Below, piece by piece: positions 46,421 to 57,037 of a DNA stretch of 64,000 nt (position 1 is the stretch's first letter; each line of letters opens with the position of its first letter). A program made the position numbers and the translations under genes. The stretch spans positions 1-64,000 of IMG/VR virus record IMGVR_UViG_3300033997_000243. One strand, given 5' to 3'. The notes beneath the pieces are model-generated. The model saw only the letters and a program-made list of their open reading frames with translations. It was not told where the DNA came from and did not search any database.

Positions 46421-47512
46421 ATGCCCGGACATTTTAACAGAACTGGCTTCGTAAATCTTCAGGTTATGGTGCGTGACATAGTTACCGATTTAAAATCAGC
46501 TGGTTTTACTTTGTTAACTGCTTATACAGCAGTCGCGCAAGGTGCAAATACTGCACCTAACCACGATGAAAATACACACGTTTATGTTCTTGCTCCAACG
46601 ACTGCCGTTGATCCATTAGCGGTAGAAGAAGGTGCAACTTCAGATCCAAACTATTCTCGTCGTCAACCTTGGAGACTTGTGATTCAAGTTTCACATGCAG
46701 ATCATTATATACGTTATTGGGCTTGTACCCCAACACAAGTTATTACTGAAGCCAACGGATTAATTTCTGTCTCTGCGTATAAAGCAGATGCAACAGATGT
46801 TCGTCAATCTGGTTTCTTTGGAAAAAATAATATTGTTTCTGTTGGGCCAAATCAAAAGTATTTCTTCCGTGCTTTCAAAGATGCGAATAATACTGTGTGG
46901 CCTAGCTTTAATGGTGAAGAGTTGGATTATGAAGCCTTACCTATGTCCTATATGTTGAGTGTGACCGATCATGGTGTAACATTAAACACATGGGCAGAAA
47001 GTTATGACAGTAGTGGCAAATGCTTTAACTGGTTTGCTATCCAACGTCTTGTGAAAGAAGATGGTTCAATACTGTTAGATGAAAAATCTCCACTGTTTTG
47101 TTTGTTTACTCAAGATGGTGGCGGTGGAACAGATGACAATGCAATTTCACCTGATGGAATTCTTTATTTTGTTGTACGTGAAGAAGATATTTCTGCACCA
47201 ACAATTCCGTTAAGTGCAGTTGTTGCGTCTGCTGATAGTTTCCCATTAATAAATCCTATTCAACAAGTAGGTATGATGGTAAATCGTAACTTTGTTATTC
47301 ATTTCCCTAAAGGTATGAACACACATCGTTACTACTATCCGTATAAGTTGGACATGATTGGATATGCTAGTGCAGAATTACTTTCTCAAAAATCTGTGCA
47401 GCCGTTAACGATGTTTGGGCAACAAAGAGTTTATGAGGCTATTCAAGCCAATTCACCTTATAACAAAGGTGTTCGTATTTGCGTTATGAAACAAGGTGCT
47501 GGTATACAGTAA
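46421..47512 (+). CDS. Putative virion structural protein, paralogue of the next gene
   Basis: Shares VDPLA.E.GAT, RQPWR, TDHGV, KSPLFC.F, YFVVRE.D and RY.YP..LDMI.Y.SA with 47531-48832. Confidence 0.7.
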   Translation: MPGHFNRTGFVNLQVMVRDIVTDLKSAGFTLLTAYTAVAQGANTAPNHDENTHVYVLAPTTAVDPLAVEEGATSDPNYSRRQPWRLVIQVSHADHYIRYWACTPTQVITEANGLISVSAYKADATDVRQSGFFGKNNIVSVGPNQKYFFRAFKDANNTVWPSFNGEELDYEALPMSYMLSVTDHGVTLNTWAESYDSSGKCFNWFAIQRLVKEDGSILLDEKSPLFCLFTQDGGGGTDDNAISPDGILYFVVREEDISAPTIPLSAVVASADSFPLINPIQQVGMMVNRNFVIHFPKGMNTHRYYYPYKLDMIGYASAELLSQKSVQPLTMFGQQRVYEAIQANSPYNKGVRICVMKQGAGIQ

Positions 47513-47530
47513 ATTTTAGGAGATAGCTAA

Positions 47531-48832
47531 ATGGCTACAAGTTATATCGAACGTGGTAATTTTATCAACGTGCAAAGCATGGTCGCTTCTTTAGTGATGG
47601 ATTTGCAAGCTCGTGGTTTCAAAGTGTTGAACATAAACGATTCAGCAGTAACTGCTCACCCAACAACTGTTGATAGCACTGTTAAACGTGTGTTGTTAGC
47701 TGCAACGGAACAAGTAGATCCGTTGGCTATCGAAGATGGCGCAACAATGATGCCAGACGGCACTACTCCGAATCCACTTTATGATAATCGTCAACCGTGG
47801 CGTTTTGTTATCGAAGTGAATTCTGAAGGCGCTGGCGGTATTCCACTTGCAAGCGCTAAAGGTTGGATCAACTGGTATGTTTGTACACCAACAAACATTA
47901 TCGATGCTGATGGCGAATTTAAAGTTGCAATCAGTAAAGATGTTATGGTTGGCACTAACCGTCAAGTTTCTCGCACTGGTTTGTTAACTACAAATTCAAT
48001 TGCTAAAACTCCTAATGGTAAAGATTGGATTCATCCAGATTGTAAGCAAGGTACTGACGCTGCAAGTTGGGCTGCTCTTGCGTATCAAGATCGTCCAAGC
48101 TGGCGCTATGAACACTTCGGCTTCTATATCAACCGCCAAGGTACTGATGTAGTTAACGAAGAATCTATTCCACTGACTTACGCATTATCAACAACCGATC
48201 ACGGTGTTGCATTTATGATGTGGACAGAAGCTCGTGATAACACTGGTGATCGTTTCCATTGGTGGACTGTTCAACGCATGGTTGATAAAGATACTGGACA
48301 AACAATTTTAGGAAATGAAACTCCTGGTGTTGTTGGTAAGTCTCCATTATTCTGCGTATTCAGTATGGCAGGTGGTGGTGATCTGGCTTCAAGCCTTGGT
48401 GATGATATTCAAGGGCCAGATCTGTTGGATGCTTTCGATGACGTTTACTATTTCGTTGTTCGTGAAAGTGATGTTCACACTCCAACAGTTCCAGTTACCG
48501 CTTGTTTTGATACAAACGACAGCTCACGTATTATCAACGTGATGCAACAAGTAAGTATCAGTGAAAACAACGACCTGACCATGAACATGATCAAAGGTCT
48601 GAGTACACAGCGTTATTCATACCCACACGAATTGGATATGATTACTTATATTTCAGCTGATGTTGTTTCTCAGTTTGCTGAAGTAGAAGTTAACGTGTAC
48701 AACGAAATGAACGGTAATGATCCGCATAAACGTGTGTATAAGGCATTGAAAGCAAACCGTCGTGACAACAAAGGTATGCGTTTAATGTTCTTAAAGGCCG
48801 GTGGTGATTTACCTGCTCCTGTTACTCCTTAA
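47531..48832 (+). CDS. Putative major fibre/virion structural protein
   Basis: AGGAG RBS, strong codon bias, paralogue of the upstream gene, followed by a terminator. Confidence 0.7.
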   Translation: MATSYIERGNFINVQSMVASLVMDLQARGFKVLNINDSAVTAHPTTVDSTVKRVLLAATEQVDPLAIEDGATMMPDGTTPNPLYDNRQPWRFVIEVNSEGAGGIPLASAKGWINWYVCTPTNIIDADGEFKVAISKDVMVGTNRQVSRTGLLTTNSIAKTPNGKDWIHPDCKQGTDAASWAALAYQDRPSWRYEHFGFYINRQGTDVVNEESIPLTYALSTTDHGVAFMMWTEARDNTGDRFHWWTVQRMVDKDTGQTILGNETPGVVGKSPLFCVFSMAGGGDLASSLGDDIQGPDLLDAFDDVYYFVVRESDVHTPTVPVTACFDTNDSSRIINVMQQVSISENNDLTMNMIKGLSTQRYSYPHELDMITYISADVVSQFAEVEVNVYNEMNGNDPHKRVYKALKANRRDNKGMRLMFLKAGGDLPAPVTP

Positions 48833-48847
48833 GTTACAAAACTAAAC

Positions 48848-48872
48848 AAAGGCGGCCAAGCGCCGCCTTTTT
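48848..48872 (+). terminator. Rho-independent terminator
   Basis: AAAGGCGGC-CAAGC-GCCGCCTTTTT. Confidence 0.85.
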
Positions 48873-48889
48873 CGTTTGGAGAAATATTC

Positions 48890-51800
48890 ATGCGCTTAAT
48901 AGATGTTCGTCCAGATCGTGAAGCGGGTCAGCGCTATACCTCTCTTACATTTACACCAGATCCTGCATTATTTCTTTTTGATGCTCAAGGCAATCCGTTT
49001 GCTAATATAACTATCAGCAATGGTCAGTTGCAAACACAATCAGGATCAGTTTTAGGTTCCGGTGCAGACGTTGCTCCTGATGCTGAATTGAAAATTTTAT
49101 TAAGTTCTTCAAATACAAATGGCGCAAGCGCTGTTAGTGTGGTTCGACAAAATGGAGTTGTAGTAGGCTATTACGCTCTTATCACAAAAAACATAGCCAC
49201 ATTTAGCTATGATGAACGATACAACGATTTATTTAGTGCTGAAGTGATTCCAGAATTAACTTGGGCTCCTAATAGCCAACGGTATTTAAAAAGTTTCGAT
49301 TTCAATGGCATTCAAACTCACAGTTACGATCTTAATGCTCAGCCTACAAATGCGTTTGCTTTAAATGCGTTTGCTGTATTAGATTTTAATCGTAATCAAA
49401 CAATCATCTTTGATACAGACTCTAAAACTATTGCAAAAACTTTAGCAGGTGCTGGCCCAATAAGTTCCTCAAATTTATATGGCTCAGACCAAATTCGTCT
49501 TTGTACAGCAGTTGCTTACAATAAAGACAATAGTATTGTCATATATGATGCTTTCTTTTCTCCAATAACATCTTTAAGCTTGAGCGATGTTGCCGGAGTC
49601 TTATTCAATGACAATAAGCTTTATGCTTATGCACAAGGCTCCACAGTTTTAAAAGTTTGGGCAGTAGATTCATCTTTAAATTTTGTCGCACAGCCAGATA
49701 TAACATTTGCTGGAAGAATTCACAGTCTTGCCTCAAAAGACACAACCATATATGTTATGTCTGAGCATGAACTTGTGGATCTTAATGATGTGGCTTTAGC
49801 TGCACTAGATGCTGACGCAAGAAACAGTTATGTAAATGATAATACTCTTTACATAACTCACGGCTTTAATTCATTCATTACAAAAATAAACCTCACCGAC
49901 TTTTCTACGCAAAAAATAAATATACCTGACGCATTATTTTTAGATGTTGTGATTGTTCAAGCAAGCGGCCGCATTTATGTCAGTGACGTAGAAGCTAAAA
50001 AAGTTTATGTTCGTGACGAATTTAATCAAGATTGGTCTGTAGGCTTTGGTGCTTATGGTATAGCATTAGCAGATGAAATTTATTTATTTGATGCCTATGC
50101 GAACATTCCAAACAAGATTGATATGGATCAACTTGTTTATACTCTGGATTCTTCGGAATTTATTGATATAACAGATTTTCCATTAGGTGATACAGGTGTA
50201 ACTGGCCCAATTGAAATCCTTACCGCTAATAAGCCAATAAGAATCCAATTGTTTCCGGCGGAATCTAATTACACTTTAATGGTAAATGGTGTACCACAAC
50301 CAAATGTTACTTCAGTTACTTCCAACGATAGTATTCAAGTTCGTTTTGATTATATTCCTGGAGTTCCAGATCCTCTTTTCTTTGGCGTTGTTGTAGACCA
50401 ACAAATTTTCACTGCTTCAGTTTATCTTGATGATAGCAGAATTGTTCCATTTGATTTTAAATTCAATCCTGTATTTGGTGCGGCTCCAGAATCTTTTGTT
50501 GTCAGTAACACCGTAACAATCTCACATTTAACTTCTCCTGTTGAAGTAGAAACTGATACTGGTATTTTTGTACACAACGGAAATTTCGTAGGAACTTCGG
50601 TTATAATTCAAAATGGTGACACACTGGCCGTTCGAGTTCAAGCTGATGCTTTAGGTTGTGCTGTTGTTACCGCAAGAATAACTATTGAACAGGAAAGATT
50701 TGAAACTCCATTTAGTGTTAGTACGCTTGCTGAGTCAGATACTGCTGTATTGCCAAGACCTGTACTTGAATTTGATAGCACATATGACAATCCACTTGGT
50801 ACTTTTGTTTACTCGAATGAAATTAATTTGAGTGGAACAAACTATGAGCCGACTGTATTCAAAATCCCTGATCAATATGAGGCGCAGTTTGTCGTCAACG
50901 GAATTGAATCAGGACAAACAATCACCGCCAGAACAGGCGATAAAATCAAGATCAAAGTTAAAACAACGTATAACTACGACACACCGCACAATGTTGCGGT
51001 CTCGACTTGTTATGCGGTGGGTGGATTCGTTGCTTATACTATTGGTGATACTACTCCTGACGCATTTAACTTTGGAACTATTGTCGGTGCAAGTATAAAG
51101 GATTTTTTATCCAGTAACACAGTTTCAATAACTGGAATTGGAAATTCAGTTAATGTTCCGGTGGTTGTTCCTTACGGCACAGAATTATATCATAATGGAC
51201 AGCGTGTTGATTTAGGATCTGCTCGACTTGATTGGCGCGGTATGCCATTAAATGATGTATTTCGTACAATCAATATGGATGATGGTGATACACTTCAACT
51301 TAAAGGTTATGGCCGACCAATACATGGTGATACTGTAAATCTAAGTGTATATGTTGGAGGGCGTCGAGGCTTTTGGACTATTGAGACTTTTGATAGCAAT
51401 ATCAGTGTTACACTAGATCCCGAACTTTATTTTGGTCAGTTAGGTTCTGCTGTTGAAACAGATACGACAGTTGATTATGTTCGTGCTCAAAGTTATAGCA
51501 TGAAAGTAAATCATAGTAATGGAACTAAAGCGGCCACTGTTCTTAAACCAATAAAAGTCTCTAATGCACCTGTTGTTTTAGGTCAACCTAATAGCATAGT
51601 GCCTGAATCAAATAAAAGTTTGGTTTTGGCTGATCACAGTGAAGTAGTTCCTCAGAAAAATAAAAACTTCTCTGAGATACTACGTGATTCAAACTATGTT
51701 GTTACCAAACCGAATATTGTCACACCTTCAGATTTCAACTATGTGTTTGATGCTGGTGTAGATTTAGTTTCAATGCGTGGACTGAGAATTAATGTAGGTT

Positions 51801-52885
51801 ACGCAAACAATGTTTTATCTATACCAATGTTACTGGAAGTTGTTACTCCTAATAACACAGAACATTTGATTGATGTTGGCCGAAAAGTTGCTGTAGACAA
51901 TTCAGCTCATTTAGTAAATTTAAAATCAAGTATAGCCGTTGTTTATTCAAACGCTACTTACACAGTCAATGTCTTGGACACCAACAATGTTCAAGCCGTT
52001 GTGTTCAGTGGTTATGATAATCCAGTAATATTGACTGAGTTTACCGTTGTTAGGTATGACAATAAGCCTTTCACTTTATTTGATATGTCGAATGGTCAGG
52101 TTCTGCAATTTGGACACTCTCCAACTTACACACCTAACTATGTTTGGAGATCCGACACTGCTTATTACATTGATCGTGATGGTTGGTTTGATGACGAGCA
52201 AAATAGAAACTTTATTACTGCATCGAGAAATTGGTCAGTATCTGAATCACACACTGAAGTAAAAACATCTACGAATTTTTGGATTGTTAAACAACCAGAT
52301 CCTGTTAAATTTGTTTTGGATTATTCAGTTAATGACTCCAATGTTGTGTATGCCAATACTAAATATTCGGTCAGCGATTTGGGATCTGCCTACACGTTCA
52401 CTACGCAATATGCGGTTCCAATGGTAAGTGATTTAATAAGTTTTGCTCCAAAATATGATGCACGATTGAGTGGAACAGATCCAAAATTTGGATTAACTCG
52501 TATGACTGATGGAGATCCATCGAATCGCATTTACATCAAAGATCCATTCGATACTGTAGTACATAAGACAAATTCGCCTGTTGTTATTCGTGAAGTTGCT
52601 TACACAGATACAGATAGAAACTTTGTATTTGCTGTGGCTGCTGTTGAACCACTTGAATTTACATCTACGTTTGTTCGTACTCCACCTGCTAATGAATTGC
52701 ATCCTGGTTATTTTGCAACTCAAGAGCTTGCTGAAGATAACGCACTAACCTATGGTTATACGTCAGGACAATTTTACGCTGTTTACGTTGAAGAGAAAGG
52801 ATGGGCTTGGACAGCCATAATGCCTTGCGAAAACTTATGTAATCCAGACGATTGCCCTCCTCGTGGTTACATTCACGGCGGTTAA
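48890..52885 (+). CDS. Large tail-fibre/adhesin-like structural protein (1331 aa)
   Basis: Beta-propeller-like N-terminal region; repeated P..F.F...SN.V.I.G...NG...GD.L beta-sandwich units; Cys-rich C-terminal CENLC...CPPRGY. Confidence 0.65.
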   Translation: MRLIDVRPDREAGQRYTSLTFTPDPALFLFDAQGNPFANITISNGQLQTQSGSVLGSGADVAPDAELKILLSSSNTNGASAVSVVRQNGVVVGYYALITKNIATFSYDERYNDLFSAEVIPELTWAPNSQRYLKSFDFNGIQTHSYDLNAQPTNAFALNAFAVLDFNRNQTIIFDTDSKTIAKTLAGAGPISSSNLYGSDQIRLCTAVAYNKDNSIVIYDAFFSPITSLSLSDVAGVLFNDNKLYAYAQGSTVLKVWAVDSSLNFVAQPDITFAGRIHSLASKDTTIYVMSEHELVDLNDVALAALDADARNSYVNDNTLYITHGFNSFITKINLTDFSTQKINIPDALFLDVVIVQASGRIYVSDVEAKKVYVRDEFNQDWSVGFGAYGIALADEIYLFDAYANIPNKIDMDQLVYTLDSSEFIDITDFPLGDTGVTGPIEILTANKPIRIQLFPAESNYTLMVNGVPQPNVTSVTSNDSIQVRFDYIPGVPDPLFFGVVVDQQIFTASVYLDDSRIVPFDFKFNPVFGAAPESFVVSNTVTISHLTSPVEVETDTGIFVHNGNFVGTSVIIQNGDTLAVRVQADALGCAVVTARITIEQERFETPFSVSTLAESDTAVLPRPVLEFDSTYDNPLGTFVYSNEINLSGTNYEPTVFKIPDQYEAQFVVNGIESGQTITARTGDKIKIKVKTTYNYDTPHNVAVSTCYAVGGFVAYTIGDTTPDAFNFGTIVGASIKDFLSSNTVSITGIGNSVNVPVVVPYGTELYHNGQRVDLGSARLDWRGMPLNDVFRTINMDDGDTLQLKGYGRPIHGDTVNLSVYVGGRRGFWTIETFDSNISVTLDPELYFGQLGSAVETDTTVDYVRAQSYSMKVNHSNGTKAATVLKPIKVSNAPVVLGQPNSIVPESNKSLVLADHSEVVPQKNKNFSEILRDSNYVVTKPNIVTPSDFNYVFDAGVDLVSMRGLRINVGYANNVLSIPMLLEVVTPNNTEHLIDVGRKVAVDNSAHLVNLKSSIAVVYSNATYTVNVLDTNNVQAVVFSGYDNPVILTEFTVVRYDNKPFTLFDMSNGQVLQFGHSPTYTPNYVWRSDTAYYIDRDGWFDDEQNRNFITASRNWSVSESHTEVKTSTNFWIVKQPDPVKFVLDYSVNDSNVVYANTKYSVSDLGSAYTFTTQYAVPMVSDLISFAPKYDARLSGTDPKFGLTRMTDGDPSNRIYIKDPFDTVVHKTNSPVVIREVAYTDTDRNFVFAVAAVEPLEFTSTFVRTPPANELHPGYFATQELAEDNALTYGYTSGQFYAVYVEEKGWAWTAIMPCENLCNPDDCPPRGYIHGG

Positions 52886-52897
52886 GGAAAAATTTTG

Positions 52898-54595
52898 ATG
52901 AAAAAACTTCGTTTCAACTTAAATCCGTTATCGGTTTCTAACTTGCTTTCTCTTAGTGCTAAATATGATGAACTTGATGATTTTTCTTGGCATAGATTTC
53001 ATGGATCTCGTGGAATAAAAATTGTCCAGCGTAGTCATACTCGCACTATAACTCAGAACGATATTTATGGTATTCGCGCTGCCAGAAGCGGCAACTTTTA
53101 TGTTGTGCTTCCTGATTTATACCATGTAAATTTTGCAATAACTCAAAAAGAAGCTAACAAACTTCTGGAGAACAGTAAAAAAGTCAAAAGACCTGCTATT
53201 AAAAATTTAGCAGGTCAAGACGGCAAGATTGTTCGGGTTATCAATAAACAATCCGACAATCGTGCATGGGATGCGGCTTATTTTAAAGCCGCTCGTGCTG
53301 TTAATGCTGAAGCAAAAGAAGGTGTAAATTTTGCCAATTACCAATGGCGTAGAGTTGGTGATCCTTCAGGCTTTACCGTAAAGAAAGCTGATAAAAAAAT
53401 TCACTACAAACGTGGTGATGTGTTTGGCATTCGCTTTATAAAACCTGCCACTGGTGGAGTGTTAATAGATCAGAATTTTAATCGGTTCGCTATTAACCTT
53501 GACACCTATGACATAATTCTTTCAATGACAACTGTTTTACCAAAAAATAAATGGCCTGAAGGTGGATTCACCAAGGCTGATATGGAAAACAGTATGGAAG
53601 AACAGCGTTTGCGTGAAAAAGAAAAGAGAGCAAGGGAACGTCAATTAATTCGTGAACGGGAAGCTGCTGCAAAACGTAAGCAAATTCAGGAGTTAAGTGA
53701 GAAACGTGCGGCTGAACGTCAAAGACGTAAACAAGAAGCTGAAGATGCTAAAGCTCATTTGCAAACTCTTGAAGAACACATGATTAAAGTTCGTAAATCC
53801 CAAACAGTTAAAATGTCTGACAAGGAAATTGCCAAGCAGATTAAACGTAGACGTTTAGTTAACGCTGAAGATCTTGGCTTGCGTGTTGATCATTTGGCTG
53901 ATGAAGAAGATTTCGATTTGAATTTAGATCTTGACAATCTTCAGATAGAAGGTGAGTTCAATAAAAAGGATGAACCTGAGCGCGAAGCGAAAAAAGTAGA
54001 AGTTGCTGAAATGTTTGAACAGGCAATTTCCGATCTTAAAAAGACTATACCAAAACCTAAACTGGATCTTTCTCAATTTGCTGAAGAAGAAACTGTTGAT
54101 GATCTTGAGGCAGACGAAGAAGTAGAGTACGAGTCCGATGAAGATCAGGAAGAATCTGAAGAAGAGTTTGAAGATGAAGTTGTTGAGGAACCGGAAGAAG
54201 AATTGGTTGAAGATGAAGATCCAGTTGATTTAGATACTGATGATTCAGAAGTAGATACTGCTATTAAAGAGCTTGAAGAACCTGAAGTGAAAAAAGTCGT
54301 TAAAGATTTTGAAGAAGGTTCGATCATAAAGTTCAATAATGATCGCAGTGAACAACGGGAATTCTTGATTTTCGACATATCTACTATGGAAGGTAGCGAT
54401 CACATTATCATCTACAAACTTTATGATTTGACCAACGAGCCTGATGACTATCGTACTGTACGTATTGATAAACGTCAGAAACGTAGAATCGAAGATATGG
54501 CCGAATTTGTTCGCAAGCTTCCGGTTCGTCAGTTGATTGAAAAACAAAGTTTAGCTGACACACTAACAAAAAATAAAGAACCTATTGAGAGTTGA
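52898..54595 (+). CDS. Hypothetical protein with basic N-terminal half, coiled coil and acidic linker
   Basis: AAGGA RBS; leader MKKLRFNLNPLSVSNLLSLSA. Confidence 0.8.
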   Translation: MKKLRFNLNPLSVSNLLSLSAKYDELDDFSWHRFHGSRGIKIVQRSHTRTITQNDIYGIRAARSGNFYVVLPDLYHVNFAITQKEANKLLENSKKVKRPAIKNLAGQDGKIVRVINKQSDNRAWDAAYFKAARAVNAEAKEGVNFANYQWRRVGDPSGFTVKKADKKIHYKRGDVFGIRFIKPATGGVLIDQNFNRFAINLDTYDIILSMTTVLPKNKWPEGGFTKADMENSMEEQRLREKEKRARERQLIREREAAAKRKQIQELSEKRAAERQRRKQEAEDAKAHLQTLEEHMIKVRKSQTVKMSDKEIAKQIKRRRLVNAEDLGLRVDHLADEEDFDLNLDLDNLQIEGEFNKKDEPEREAKKVEVAEMFEQAISDLKKTIPKPKLDLSQFAEEETVDDLEADEEVEYESDEDQEESEEEFEDEVVEEPEEELVEDEDPVDLDTDDSEVDTAIKELEEPEVKKVVKDFEEGSIIKFNNDRSEQREFLIFDISTMEGSDHIIIYKLYDLTNEPDDYRTVRIDKRQKRRIEDMAEFVRKLPVRQLIEKQSLADTLTKNKEPIES

Positions 54596-54596
54596 C

Positions 54597-56561
54597 ATGA
54601 CAAAAACTCAATTAAAATCTTTTCTTAGTGATGGGTGGCGTAAAGCCACTCGCACTGAGTTTGATGCACTATTGGATTATTTAGATCACCAATACTACAA
54701 TCTGGCTAAAAAACCGATTGCAGATAATGATTACGATGATCTGAAGGAAAAATATTTATCTCGGTTTCCTAAATCACCTCGTAAGTTCAAAGTGGGACAT
54801 AAGGTTGGGAATAAAAGAGTCGAAGTGCGTTTACCTAATCCAATGAGTAGTCTTGATAAAATCAAAGACGATAAAAAAATTGGATTATTCACCAAGAAAT
54901 ACAGTGGCCCTTACGTTCTCAGTGACAAAGAAGATGGAATGAGTTTACAACTTTGTTATGACAAAGGTGTTCCAGTCGAATTGTATTCTCGTGGTGATGG
55001 ATTAAAGGGCCAAGATATTTCTCATTTACTTCCTTATCTAAAGATTCCAAAACGCATTAAAATTAAAACACGTTTTGACATTCGTGTCGAAGCAATTGCG
55101 GCTAACTCTACTTTTGATAAACATCTGCATAAGGATTCTGGTGGAGATTTTAGTGCAGTACGTAATGCGGCTGGTGGCATCATTAATAAGTTACCTACCA
55201 GTAAAGATTTTGCAAAGTACGCAAACTACGCAAAACATTTGACTCTGTTCGCCTTTAAAATTCTTAACGGCCAAGGAAGTAAACTTAAACCAAGCGCTCA
55301 GTTTAAATTGCTTGAATCGCTTGGCTTCAAAGTAGTGCCTCATAAAGTTGTCAAAACAATCAACTTCAGTATTCTTTCGGAATACTTGGCAAAACGCATT
55401 CAACTTAGTGATTATGAAATTGACGGCATTGTTGTCGAAGAAGATAACTACTATCCTGTAGGTCATGAAGATCCAAAACACGCTAAGTCTTTTAAAGAAA
55501 ATAGCGCAGCCAGTATGGTGGATATTCCAGTTAAATCTGTTGAGTGGGAAGCAAGTCGTACTGGAAATTTAATTCCGGTTGTTACCATTAAACCTACTCG
55601 AATTGGTGGAGTTACAGTAAGCAACTTTACTGGACACAACGCATTTTATATTCAACATGGATATAAAAGTGAGTTGAAAGATACACCTCCATATAAAGCT
55701 CGACCTTTAGGTAAAGGCGCGATCATTCGTGCTGTAAGATCTGGCGGTGTAATTCCTTATATTGTTGAAGTGGTTAAGGCCGCACCTAAACCACAGATGC
55801 CAGATGTTCCTTATAAAATATCTGGTATACACGCCAAACTTTTAAACAAAACAAGTTCAGGTTCTGATCTTCAGAAGCAAAAGAAAATTGAACACTTCTT
55901 TGTTCGTATCGGTGTGGATGGATTCAAACTTAGTACCGTACAAAAGTTTTGGGACAACGGTTACAAAAAACTCAGCCAATTTCTTAAATTGGATGCCGAA
56001 GATTTTATCAACATCGAAGGTCTAGGTACACGTAAAGCCCAACTGTTTGAACAAAGTTTAGAGAAAGCTTTGAGTGAACTTACCTTTACTAAAGTTGCTG
56101 ATGCCAGCGGTTATCTTTTGAATTTTGGTACTCGTAGACTTGACGCTATTTCTGAAGCATATCCTGATGTTTTATCTTGGGCTGATAAATATAGTCAGAG
56201 TCAGATAGAAACTAAAATACGTATGCTCACTGGTTTTAAAGATTTGGCCGATGAATTTGCTATTGCCTTACCTAAGATCAAAAAGTTTGTAGATACATTC
56301 AAACTCAAGATTAAGGTTGTTAAGAAAGTTATTAAAGGCAATAAATTGTCGGGAACAAACGTAACCTTTACTGGTGTACGTGACGAAGAACTGAAAAAGT
56401 TCATTACAGAGCAAGGCGGCAAGGTACAGGACTGGCGCAAGGACACTAATTTAGTCTTAGTGAAAGATCTTGGCTTCTCAAGTGGAACCACAGGTAAAGC
56501 GCAGGATGCTGGTATTCCAATTATGTCTGTGGAACAATTCCGCAAAAAATACAGGGTGTAA
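54597..56561 (+). CDS. ligA: NAD+-dependent DNA ligase
   Basis: Domain Ia YYN...D.DYD.L, MSSLDK, motif I DKEDG, SRGDG, RNAAGG, EIDGIV, RSGGVIP, HhH segments and C-terminal BRCT (FTG...GG...T..V). Confidence 0.95.
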   Translation: MTKTQLKSFLSDGWRKATRTEFDALLDYLDHQYYNLAKKPIADNDYDDLKEKYLSRFPKSPRKFKVGHKVGNKRVEVRLPNPMSSLDKIKDDKKIGLFTKKYSGPYVLSDKEDGMSLQLCYDKGVPVELYSRGDGLKGQDISHLLPYLKIPKRIKIKTRFDIRVEAIAANSTFDKHLHKDSGGDFSAVRNAAGGIINKLPTSKDFAKYANYAKHLTLFAFKILNGQGSKLKPSAQFKLLESLGFKVVPHKVVKTINFSILSEYLAKRIQLSDYEIDGIVVEEDNYYPVGHEDPKHAKSFKENSAASMVDIPVKSVEWEASRTGNLIPVVTIKPTRIGGVTVSNFTGHNAFYIQHGYKSELKDTPPYKARPLGKGAIIRAVRSGGVIPYIVEVVKAAPKPQMPDVPYKISGIHAKLLNKTSSGSDLQKQKKIEHFFVRIGVDGFKLSTVQKFWDNGYKKLSQFLKLDAEDFINIEGLGTRKAQLFEQSLEKALSELTFTKVADASGYLLNFGTRRLDAISEAYPDVLSWADKYSQSQIETKIRMLTGFKDLADEFAIALPKIKKFVDTFKLKIKVVKKVIKGNKLSGTNVTFTGVRDEELKKFITEQGGKVQDWRKDTNLVLVKDLGFSSGTTGKAQDAGIPIMSVEQFRKKYRV

Positions 56562-56562
56562 T

Positions 56563-57027
56563 ATGAAAAAACGCAGAATCCAATTGAACATACCTTTAAA
56601 AAGTTTGGCTGCTGGTGAACGTGTTCGTAAACAGACTGGTGTTATACCTTATGCTTACGATAAAAAGGGCGTGTTACATATTTTATTAATTAGTTCACGC
56701 CATGCTGGAAACTGGGGCATACCAAAAGGTAAAAAAGAAAAAGACTTGGGCAAAAAAGAAAGTGCTGAAGTTGAAGCTTGGGAAGAAGCCGGAGTCGATG
56801 GTGATGTTACCTTCAATCTCGGCCAATACTCTTACCGCAAAGGATCTACTGGTGTTGCTCAAAAAGTAACTGTGTACGGCCTTAAGGTAGAGAATATGTA
56901 CAAAAAGTTTCCAGAAAAAGATATGCGCGTTCGCAAATGGTTTGAAGCCAAAGATGCTTTGAAAAAACTTAATGCAAAATTGCGCCCATTTCTTTCTCAT
57001 TTGATTGTAAACTTAGACAACGAATAG
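56563..57027 (+). CDS. Nudix hydrolase
   Basis: ILLISSR...WGIPKG and Nudix box G.....ESAEVEAWEEAGV. ATG 56563. Confidence 0.9.
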   Translation: MKKRRIQLNIPLKSLAAGERVRKQTGVIPYAYDKKGVLHILLISSRHAGNWGIPKGKKEKDLGKKESAEVEAWEEAGVDGDVTFNLGQYSYRKGSTGVAQKVTVYGLKVENMYKKFPEKDMRVRKWFEAKDALKKLNAKLRPFLSHLIVNLDNE

Positions 57028-57037
57028 TAGGTACATT

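Noticed and set aside
42973-52885. Diversity-generating retroelement or invertible fibre cassette
   Set aside because: No reverse transcriptase, recombinase, template/variable repeat pair or flanking inverted repeats were seen.
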